From Azolla caroliniana (taxonomy: Eukaryota > Plantae > Polypodiophyta), in NCBI GenBank assembly GCA_043228905.1, contig JBHGNT010000836.1:1-14814 (forward strand): a stretch of 14,814 nucleotides of DNA, read 5' to 3'. A program made the translations under genes and the position numbers. Shown here piece after piece: positions 1 through 7,945 of this stretch (within the stretch, counting starts at the first letter, position 1; every line of letters begins with the position of its first letter). The notes beneath the pieces were generated by a model. That model made no database searches. It was given only the letters and a program-made list of their open reading frames with translations, and was not told the DNA's origin.

Positions 1-651
1 CATCCTACAAAGCCAAAGGTCATGGTTGTGTATGGATGGGGAATGAAGGATCATGCCAAATTGTCGGCATAGGAGATGTGTTATTGACGACATCAACAAG
101 ATGCAAGTTGTTTTTGAAGGATGTCTGACATGTTCCGCACGTTCATTTGAACCTAATATCAGCCGAACAACTAGAAGATGAAGGCTACATAGGTAGCATC
201 CGGAATGACATCATGAAATTTAGCAAAGGAAGCTTGATCGTGGCCCGAGCCCGAAAGATCAACACATTGTACCTGATGCATACTTGACGAGAGTCCAGAG
301 CATTCTTGCACATGCCAAGTTGTCCAAGACGTTTTGGACTAATGCATTGATGATAGTGACCTATGTGATAAATAGATCACCCTCAACACCCTTGGACGGA
401 GACACACCACGAAGAGTATGGACCGGTAAGGATGTGTCTTACCAGCATTTGACGTTGTTCGGGTGTCTCGCTTACGTGCATGTAGCAAAGGACAAGAGAG
501 CAAAGTTGGATCCAAAGTTCCGACCATGCATATTTCTTGGATATGGTGATGATGAGTTTGGTTACCGAGTGTGGGACCTGGTTGACAGAAAGGTTTTCCG
601 GAGCTGTGACATAGTCTTTATGGAAAACAAGACCATTACCAACTGGGAGAC
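1..651 (+). mobile_element. Ty1/copia (Tnt1-like) pol remnant: protease/beta-barrel region fused to the end of integrase and its SH3-like domain; internally deleted, non-autonomous
   Basis: Frame from nt 3 reads SYKAKGHGCVWMGNEGSCQIVGIGDV...LKDV*HVPHVHLNLIS...KGSLIVARARKINTLY, resembling Tnt1 Pol VKMGN...IAGIGD...LKDVRHVP...NLIS...KGSLVIAKG; in-frame TGA at 126-128. ORF from 284 reads RVQSILAHAKLSKTFW...YVINRSPS...FGCLAYVHVAKDKRAKLDPK...CIFLGYGDDEFGYRVWD...DIVFME, the integrase C-terminus/SH3 region. Confidence 0.93.
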
Positions 652-793
652 TATTGGGATTTTGGTCCCTCCGGATAGGATTCGGATGTGGATCGACAAG
701 ACCAGATCGAAAGAACCGGATTCGGAAGGGATCCGGAAACCGGATTGAGTGAGTCCGGATGGATCCGGAGTAAACGGGATCGAAGGACATATG

Positions 794-912
794 TGTAAAT
801 ATGTTGAGATAAGCCCACAAAGGCTATATTTGTAAATATATTGAGATAAGCCTATAAAGGCTATATTTGTAAATATATTGAGATAAGCCTACAAAGACTA
901 TATTTGTAAATA
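794..912. repeat. 37-bp tandem repeat (~3.2 copies) in the LTR U3 region
   Basis: Unit TGTAAATATRTTGAGATAAGCCYAYAAAGRCTATATT starts at 794, 831 and 868, with a partial copy at 905. Confidence 0.95.
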
Positions 913-930
913 GGCCTAAGGTCATATAAG

Positions 931-938
931 TATAAATA
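931..938 (+). promoter_or_regulatory. Putative LTR promoter TATA box
   Basis: TATAAATA immediately after the U3 repeats and upstream of a GA-rich R/U5-like region. Confidence 0.55.
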
Positions 939-1317
939 TGAGCTAGGGCAACCATATTGCATAGAGATAACGTAGAAGTCGTATGACATTGTGTGTAACT
1001 GTTGAAAAAGGAGCGACAAAGAGAGAGAGAGTTAGAGAGAAGTTGCAAGCATTCTCTATTGTAACCGCTTTTTGGCGAAGGGAGATGTCAAGGTCGTTAC
1101 TTCTAAGATCTTCATCTTTGTATTTCCTCTCGTATAGTGGTAGTTTGGAGTCTCTAGGCTCCCGTGGTTTTTCCCGATTAGGGTTTTCCACGTAAAACAT
1201 CATGTGTCCTCCATTGTTGTTTGTGACATGCATTTCATCCCCATCTGCCCATTTCTGTGTTTTGATTCTCCATTGAGTGATTTAAGACTAAATTGTAGCC
1301 GAACAATATTCTGCACA

Positions 1318-1689
1318 AGTTCTCACAGAGTCAGAGAAGAAGATGATGGACTCTGAATTGGTCAACAGAAACCGGCTTAGGATACAAGCACTTACCTAGT
1401 TGGAATGCGGATGTTAGCGGAATGCGGATGTTAGCGGAATGCGGATGTTAGCGGAATGCGGAAGACATAGAGCTCGAGGTCGTTCCATCTGAGTCCCCTA
1501 TTGTACCCCCTTTCTCTTATAGTGATTGATGGAGTCTATAGGCTCCCGTAGTTTTTCCCTATTAGGGTTTTCCACGTAAACATCATGTGTCCTCTCTATT
1601 GAATGTAGAAGTGCATTAATCTCCATTTCTTTGTTATTTCTTCCATTGAGTGTTTCAAACTCGGTTGTGGCTGAGCGTTATTCTCTTCA
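1318..1689 (+). mobile_element. 3' portion of a second, related but diverged LTR
   Basis: ~1477-1689 aligns with ~1090-1317 (AGGTCGTT...TATAGTG...GGAGTCT.TAGGCTCCCGT.GTTTTTCCC.ATTAGGGTTTTCCACGTAAA..CATCATGTGTCCTC...TCCATTGAGTG...TATTCT..CA). Confidence 0.75.
1402..1462. repeat. 17-bp perfect tandem repeat (GGAATGCGGATGTTAGC) x3.6
   Basis: Units start at 1402, 1419 and 1436, with a partial unit at 1453; no mismatches. Confidence 0.97.
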
Positions 1690-1959
1690 TGGGCATCTCA
1701 ATTCATACAAGATATAATTTAAGAGATATGGTAGTAATGAAAATCAGTAAACAACGTCGAAGAAAAATCTAAAGGCCATCAATTTAAATATGTGCGTCGA
1801 CATCATTTTAATAAACCATACAAATTTTCTGATGACTAATAATGCTATGTATTATATCCATTTTTATACCACTATATACATAATGAATGTAATAAATTTA
1901 AGTTTCTCTAACATTTTGCATATCCATAGTTGAACACTTTATTCAACTTCAAAGATTTA

Positions 1960-2815
1960 CATTTAGAAATTACAATAGGTCCAACCCATGTAGCATGTAC
2001 TATCCTCATTGTGTTACGGTGAGTTCAATACAAAGATTCACTATAGAGAAAGGAAAGGGGATAAGTCGCAGAAGAAAATCGGTGGCACGCACTAAAAATC
2101 CTTTTTCACTTTTCTTCCAAATATAAACTACAATTTACCCTTATTCACATATTAGCTATTACATTTTTGACCTTGCACGCCATATCTGACAATCTCCCAC
2201 TAAAGGCTAAAAATGATAAAGTTGATTGGAAGATAGTACAAGACATATACCTCCTACCTTATGGACATGTTACACTACGTACATCAACGATGGTGTAACC
2301 TAAAGAACAACAAAACCCTTTATCAAGTGATACGAACGATCTAACACATCACGTGGCAAGCCCTTGGTCAATGCGTTTGTAGCATTTTGTTAAGACTAAT
2401 AACCTACCAACTATGTTTTCTTGAATGACATGATATCGCACTACTATGTGCCTGGTTTTGCCATGATAGACCAACGTTTTAGCCAAAGATACTATTAGAA
2501 ACCAATGTAGGTACAAGTTGAGTATGCCCACAACATAAGCTATTGTTGATAGCCATATAGTTTCCTTACATGGCTCAGGAATTAGCTACAATATTATTGT
2601 TTACATAGTGGAGAGTAGTACATTCTTGAAGGTGGGGGGCCTCCAATAGCCAATAGAGGGCAACTCTCATAATTTCAAATTTATTGTATCCTAAAGTAGA
2701 TTTCTTGCTATCAGAACATCCAAAATAGTCAAAGTTCGTGTATTTGATATCCATCTATCATTGCCACCCAAACATAGACGCTTACCTTTAGTGCCAGTCT
2801 TAGATATTGTTACCA
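1960..2815 (-). mobile_element. Degenerate Ty1/copia RT-end/RNase H, PPT and start of 3' LTR
   Basis: Minus strand reads GTKGKRLCLGG...YTNFDYFGCSDSKKSTLGY (cf. YxDADYAGxxDxRKSTSGY), LQECTT, and SLAKTLVYHGKTRHIVVRYHVIQE (cf. LAKNPVYHARTKHIDVRYHFIRE), with several frameshifts. PPT AGTGGGAGAT (2201-2192) is followed by LTR start TGTCAG at 2191. The left boundary is approximate. Confidence 0.85.
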
Positions 2816-2833
2816 TGACAACAATTGCTGTAA

Positions 2834-2932
2834 CAGAATTGCCCATAACAATATTTGTCCATCTACAGATCAGGAAACAAGGAAACAGATACAGTCTAGA
2901 AATTTGTCAACCAACATACGCTAGGTTCACAT
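2834..2932. repeat. ~95-100 bp dispersed repeat, copy 1 (copy 2 at 6993-7088)
   Basis: Shared CATAACAAYATTTGTCCAT...AAACAAGRAAACAGATACAGTCTAGAAAT.TGTCA...TAGGTTCACAT. Confidence 0.85.
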
Positions 2933-3057
2933 GATGAGGTAATTCTGTGGAACTACCTTTGGGGGAGAATTGGCATTCGGGTTGATTTGGACATTCCATA
3001 ATCAATTTCTTTCACATCGTCTTTAGCTTGTAGGTAATTTGACGAACGTGGGATCGG

Positions 3058-3102
3058 GAAGAAGATGAAGAAGAAGAAGAAGAAGAAGAAGAAGAAGAAG
3101 AA
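3058..3102. repeat. (GAA)n microsatellite
   Basis: GAA GAA GAT followed by (GAA)12. Confidence 0.97.
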
Positions 3103-3350
3103 AAGTTTATGCTTCAGTACTTCATTGCAACAATTACGTAAATTTAATTCCCTCAACATCTATTTCCATTAATACATGAATCATGAAAATGATTCACCAT
3201 AAGTACATAATCTACCACAATTTCATAAGCCAATCTGGATATGTGTATTATAAATACATAAGTAACGGCAAATAAATAAATTAATAAATCAAACTAAAAC
3301 CAAATTAATAGACAAAGCTGAATACTTGATTGTATTGAGCTTCTTTAAGG

Positions 3351-3564
3351 TTAGGTTTTCGGGTTTGTAATAACCTATGCCTGGTATGTTGCAGCTGAGA
3401 GGAGAGCAGTAGGAACGCCACAATTAATTTTGGGGTTTGTAATAGCTTATACCTGAATACTGCCTGGTATATTGAGCTAAGAGCAGTAGAAATTCCACAT
3501 TTTATGATGCCCTTAACCATGGACGAGAAAAGAACTTCTCATGAAACCCTGCCCTTAACCATGG
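3351..3564 (-). pseudogene. Out-of-frame, duplicated C-terminal tail of the DUF247 gene
   Basis: One base off the ORF frame, 3564-3424 reads PWLRAGFHEKFFSRPWLRAS*NVEFLLLLAQYTRQYSGISYYKPQN*. 3424-3351 is a diverged repeat of the last part (IVAFLLL...GIGYYKPEN, with a frameshift). Confidence 0.8.
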
Positions 3565-4790
3565 GAGGAATGATGGGCCACTATATCGTCCATCATCTGT
3601 TTCCATCTTCTGGTTTCGCCATTATCGGGCACCTCGATGCACATATTTTTCCACATGTCGGCGAACCTCTGATCGTTCTCCATGCGGTTCTCTATGACTT
3701 TCGCCTCTTTCAAGATCGCGAGATCTTCTTGACTGTCCATGAGCGAGTTCATGATGACCACATACGTCAATAACTCACCTTGTTTTCTGGAAGTTATTTC
3801 ATGTGCGATAAGGTTCCTCAGCACATCCTCTGTGTCATTGTACACGACAAGGCGTGGAAGATGAAGCTGAAGTTTTCTCTTGTCATACTTCATCACTGAT
3901 ATGTTACCTTCACAAGCCTTGAACGAAATCCCGGCTTCACAGAGTTGAAATGCAGTTGGGAGGCGAACATAGTTCCTTGTGGATTCCTCAGAGTTAGTTT
4001 GTCTCGCAGATTCTTCTTCGACAGTGCACAAATAGTACAGGGAATCAAGTAGATGCTGGCAAGTATCGACCACTTTTATATTTTCCGATTTAAGAAATCC
4101 TAAAAATCTAGTCCTTACAACTTCTGTAGAGAAGAATGGATTACATCGCACAATAAAATCCCTTACCGTCATCTCGAGATCAACTGGATTGTTAGAAATC
4201 TTCTTCAGAAATGACATGGGAATTTGGTTGCCTATCAACAGCAAGTCCCTCTTTATGCGCATGGGGGGTATAAAATTATTATCGATGAAAGTGGCAAAGT
4301 ACTTACAGGCACTTTCCTTAGGTTGGAGTACCGACAGATACAGCAAGAATTCATGAATGAAGACGGTATCGACAGTGACCAGAAGTTGGAGCCACTCAAA
4401 TTCAGAATTCTGGATGTCGAGATTATAGATGTGGCGAAGTTTATAAGGTTGAGTGGCGATGAGGTATTGCATGAGCTCTCTCACACCTGATATCCCATGT
4501 CTTTCCATGAATTTGCTCACACATAGTGCCTTAAAATTATCAATACGGGAAGTCTGACGATTTTGATACAATGGACCGATGCTCACTAAGTAAGGGTAAT
4601 AAGACAGTGGCTTCACTTCCAACAATTCTTGGGGAGGCTTCAAAATCAGCCATTGTCTGTTGATTACAGGTGCATCATCAACAGGCAGATTGATCTTCTC
4701 CTTCATGTAGTCTCTCCATTCATCTCTGGTGAAGCAGAGCTGATGATCAGATTCATCTATTGTACTGTTGAATCTGATATTCGTACCCAT
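3555..4790 (-). CDS. DUF247 (UPF0481-like) plant protein, 411 aa, intronless, C-terminally truncated (lacks the usual membrane anchor)
   Basis: Family motifs in the expected order: PQELLEVKPLSYYPYLVSIGPLY; DLLLIGNQIPMSFL (cf. DLLLLENQIPFFVL); HLLD; LPTAFQLCEAGISFK; LHLPRLVVYNDTEDVLRNLIAHE; YVVIMNSLMDSQEDLAILKEAKVIEN. May be a recent pseudogene. Confidence 0.92.
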   Translation of the reverse strand: MGTNIRFNSTIDESDHQLCFTRDEWRDYMKEKINLPVDDAPVINRQWLILKPPQELLEVKPLSYYPYLVSIGPLYQNRQTSRIDNFKALCVSKFMERHGISGVRELMQYLIATQPYKLRHIYNLDIQNSEFEWLQLLVTVDTVFIHEFLLYLSVLQPKESACKYFATFIDNNFIPPMRIKRDLLLIGNQIPMSFLKKISNNPVDLEMTVRDFIVRCNPFFSTEVVRTRFLGFLKSENIKVVDTCQHLLDSLYYLCTVEEESARQTNSEESTRNYVRLPTAFQLCEAGISFKACEGNISVMKYDKRKLQLHLPRLVVYNDTEDVLRNLIAHEITSRKQGELLTYVVIMNSLMDSQEDLAILKEAKVIENRMENDQRFADMWKNMCIEVPDNGETRRWKQMMDDIVAHHSSHG

Positions 4791-4860
4791 TTCTTCTTCT
4801 TCTTCTTCTTTTTCTTCTTCTTCTTCTTCTTCTTCTTCTTCTTCTTCTGCTTCTGCTTCT
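4791..4860. repeat. (TTC)n microsatellite, i.e. (GAA)n in the DUF247 5' leader directly abutting the ATG
   Basis: (TTC)6 TTT (TTC)12, then degenerate TGCTTC units. Confidence 0.97.
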
Positions 4861-4901
4861 GTGGGGCACGAAGAAGATTAGGTCAAGTAGTATCGGCCAT
4901 C

Positions 4902-4907
4902 TTTATA
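4902..4907 (-). promoter_or_regulatory. Putative TATA box of the DUF247 gene
   Basis: Minus-strand CATATAAAG about 112 bp upstream of the ATG, consistent with an ~80-nt 5' UTR made mostly of the GAA repeat. Confidence 0.45.
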
Positions 4908-5749
4908 TGCATATATGAGTTAATCCTACCCTCAGATGATAAGAAAATCTATGTTCTATCTATTTACCTATCTATGTATGAGAGAGAGACAGAGATGAGA
5001 ATGCGAATGTGTGCAATTCCGTGCATGATCAGCAATATACGTGGACCCAAGAATCATGCCATTTACCATAGGAAGGAATTCGATTCTAATTAATCGATTC
5101 TTGCAGGCCCAACTTAAGAGCTGGAGTCTATTTTTAGTGGGCCCATCTTGTTAGTGCGTCTATTTCTGTGGATCTATCAATGACTAATTTGAAAAGAAAA
5201 GAGGATGAATTGACTGGCAAGTATTCCATTCATCTTCCATCTTCCTAGAATCCTAGATTATGGTTATGTTTAGACAATGACTAATAATGTAATCTCAAAT
5301 AATGATTACGCGCCGTGTTATAGATTTCTCTACTACTTATCATTCATAAGTCAGTGATATAGATTCCTTCGGTGCAGTGTTAATTCTTGAGTTACTTTCA
5401 GTTTTCTATAATTTTCATGAAGGATGAAGTCATTTATTTTTAATGTTTAATATTTTTTCTGTTTGGTAGCTAGCTCATCAGCGAAATCGCAAATACCATT
5501 TCTAGAGGGCCGGCTCTACAAACTTCAGACCAATTAATAGAAATAAATATTCTGATATTATGTCTCATAAAAATCATAAGAATGATTCATTATAATTTGA
5601 AAATACGTCCATATGTATGTATGTATGTCCAACGCATTGAAAGAAAAGACTACTAAATATGACCAGTTGATTTAGGACAATTGTGTAGGATAATAATCCA
5701 ATTATCCTACAAGCCATTCAACTTGTTGTTTGTGGATACAACCTCAAGC

Positions 5750-5767
5750 ATATATATATATATATAT
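5750..5767. repeat. (AT)n microsatellite
   Basis: About 9 AT units. Confidence 0.9.
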
Positions 5768-6592
5768 GATAAAGGTCTCCAACTAATTCTGGAGAGTATT
5801 AAGTGGTAGGTGCGGTTTATTATTTTGAAGGGGAGTTTCTTTCTGTAAAGGAAACCTTTTGAACCCAAGCTGGGAGTGTCCCACTCAATATCCCATCCAT
5901 GAAATAACTGTATAATTACCTACAATGACTTTAAAAATTCATGCATTATCCGCAACATTATGTTAATTGATATCACATGTAAAAATTATATTGGAAGATA
6001 TGAAAATATGACCATGACAATATATTAATATCCTAAGTGTGCAAAAGACTAATAAGATGTCTATTTCCCCAATTAAATGTTCCTTGTAGTCTTCCAGGAA
6101 CTAGTCGTCGCATTCGAGTCAATCCTTTTTTCGAGTAGAACTAAAAGTTCGATCCAATCTCAAGCCGAAATGCGTGAGACCAATTTTTGGTGGGCATAGT
6201 GAATTGCTAAGTGCTCATGGTTCAAAAAAGTGAAGACAAATCCAAGAAGACAATTTCTCAAACTAACACATACCATGATTCTCAAAAAAGTGAAGATAAA
6301 GGTAAAGGAAGAAACACCCCTCGAGATCCTTCTCTACATGATTGATACAGACATACCATGGCTCTGTAGGAGCAGCTTGAGAGGTTCCACAAACAAGCAG
6401 GCAGCAACGCACTCAAGCCATCGTATGAAGAACAGAATGCATTACATGTTTCCCAGTGTAAGTAACTAAAGATCATCAATTCCCAATTTTGTAGGAAGGG
6501 CTGTAAAATGACACTTGTACACCATATGTATAATCTGATCAGAATCATTTCTCAAACGGATATGAATAGTTTGAGACAAGAATGGGACAATA

Positions 6593-6715
6593 ACTTGGAT
6601 GCAGCATTTATGAATATTGTTGTCATTAGTGCTAATTATTTCGCAAACTACTGGTCCTATTATGACCTGTAATTAGCACTAATGACACCAATATTCATTA
6701 ATCCTGCATCCAAGT
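6593..6715. repeat. Inverted repeat: 46-bp arms (6593-6638 / 6670-6715), 31-nt loop
   Basis: Reverse complement of arm 1, TAATTAGCACTAATGACAACAATATTCATAAATGCTGCATCCAAGT, matches arm 2, TAATTAGCACTAATGACACCAATATTCATTAATCCTGCATCCAAGT, with 3 mismatches. Confidence 0.95.
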
Positions 6716-6823
6716 GACAATACTGCTAATATCAATTAAAACTCTGAAATGCCATCTGGAAACACTCATAGTCATTGCGATTATTGAGGGTCGTAAACCT
6801 TTAAAATTCTACTAACATTAAGA
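6659..6823. repeat. ~165-bp dispersed repeat, copy 1 (probably a DNA-transposon terminal sequence)
   Basis: Colinear with 8642-8806 (TATTATGA..TAATTAG.ACTAATGACACCAA.ATTCAT...CAAGTGACA...TCAATTAAAAC...GGAAACACTC...GATTATTG...TTCTACTAA.ATTAAGA). Confidence 0.85.
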
Positions 6824-6992
6824 CATCATGTATTGTTAAGCATTTATGTTTTTCTAAGGTCTTGGATAATCCTAGTTTGAAAATTTTTCTTAGACTAATT
6901 ACGAATATATATTTAGGTAAAATCTTTGCTATAACGAGCCAATGGTCACCAAAATCAATGCGTGTGAATAATACTAATGTCGGTGTTTTTCC

Positions 6993-7088
6993 CAAAATTG
7001 TACATAACAACATTTGTCCATATACAAACAAGAAAACAGATACAGTCTAGAAATGTGTCATCCAAACACCCATAAGTTAGGTTCACAT
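6993..7088. repeat. Dispersed repeat, copy 2 of 2834-2932
   Basis: Same orientation as copy 1; shared AAACAGATACAGTCTAGAAAT core. Confidence 0.85.
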
Positions 7089-7423
7089 CATAAAGACCCT
7101 TCACGTTAGACACAAGGGGGTTCGCAGTAGACCTAAGTTTACGACAAAAAAAGTTACAAACAACAGTAATTATGCTTATGGATAGTACAATGTTGGCATC
7201 TGCTACCATAAAGAATGGGGCATGACCTGGTCTTCTAATAGCATTGTGCTTTAGAGGGTAGATAGTTCTTAGATATGTCAATCAATCGTCAAGAAATCAT
7301 TGGTCTTTATGGGGGCTTAAAGAGCCTGAAGAAGACTTCACATTTGTTTTACCTTTGCATGTGAAGTGTATAAAACTCCATGTGTGTGTATGACTAAAAA
7401 CAAAGAAATGCTTCGAAGTATCC

Positions 7424-7945
7424 CATGATATTTTATCTTCCTGTCAAGTACCGTTCAACAATCCTCACATGCACACACACACTCACTCACGCAGAGGTCA
7501 TATGTGCCAGCACAATAATAAAATCTACCTATCTAGCTACACAATCATAGGTAAAGATATAATTAAGTAGAAAAATTGGTACACAAGATGTGACATGTAC
7601 TTAGGGGAGCAAAGTTGGGCATTCTCAAGTATTGTATAGGATAGAAAGAAGAAAAGACAAAAAAGGAGGGGTAGTTGACTCGGGCATGATATTTTATCTT
7701 CTTGTCAAGTACAGTTCAACAATCCTCACATGCACACACACACACACTCCCACAGAGGTCATATGTGCGAGCACAATAATAAAATTTACCTATCTAGCTA
7801 CACAATCATAGGTAAAGATATAGTTAAGTAGAAAAATTGGTACACAATATGTGACATGTACTTAGGGGAGCAAAGTTGGGCATTCTCAAGTATTGTATAG
7901 GATAGAAAGAAGAAAAGACAAAAAAGGAGGGGTAGTTGACTCAGG
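7424..7945. repeat. 261-bp head-to-tail tandem duplication (7424-7684, 7685-7945)
   Basis: Both copies run CATGATATTTTATCTTC...GGTAGTTGACTC.GG, with about 10 substitutions by eye; each contains a short CA repeat. Confidence 0.97.

Larger units (their letters stand above)
652..1317 (+). mobile_element. 3' LTR of the copia element (~666 bp)
   Basis: Preceded by purine tract GGGAGA (645-650) and starts TATTGGG (degenerate TGTTGG). Contains U3-type tandem repeats, TATAAATA at 931-938 and the plant LTR motif GTGGTTTTTCCC..AGGGTTTTCCACGT (~1164-1193). Ends ..TTCTGCACA, where similarity to the neighbouring LTR copy also ends. Boundaries are inferred. Confidence 0.72.

Noticed and set aside
794-1462. 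Regular short repeats (37-bp and 17-bp) as a CRISPR-like array
   Set aside because: Units are directly adjacent with no unique spacers, there are no cas genes, and the context is a plant LTR.
1690-1702. TGGGCATCTC after the second LTR end as a primer-binding site
   Set aside because: Poor match to the tRNA-Met PBS TGGTATCAGAGC, and no gag-like sequence follows.
3305-3520. 71-aa minus-strand ORF as an independent gene
   Set aside because: It is a mosaic of reading frames through the scrambled, duplicated DUF247 tail.
3504-5093. Plus-strand ORFs 3504-3773, 4224-4490 and 4629-5093
   Set aside because: Antisense shadows of the DUF247 CDS; the poly-Phe run is just the TTC microsatellite.
5041-5315. 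TCP/site II-like (GTGGGCCC), W-box and CGCG motifs upstream of DUF247
   Set aside because: Short motifs expected by chance; no conservation or expression data to support them.
5684-5711. 11-bp perfect hairpin TGTAGGATAAT/ATTATCCTACA (also an 18-bp palindrome at 8474-8491 and a 10-bp inverted pair at 13281-13313)
   Set aside because: Short and AT-rich, with no associated Helitron CTRR end, TSD or other supporting feature identified.
6230-7281. Short ORFs 6230-6469, 6282-6548, 6801-7031, 6862-7050 and 6955-7281
   Set aside because: No recognisable domains. The hydrophobic patch in 6955-7281 lacks the DUF247 PW motif and the ORF runs through a non-coding dispersed repeat.
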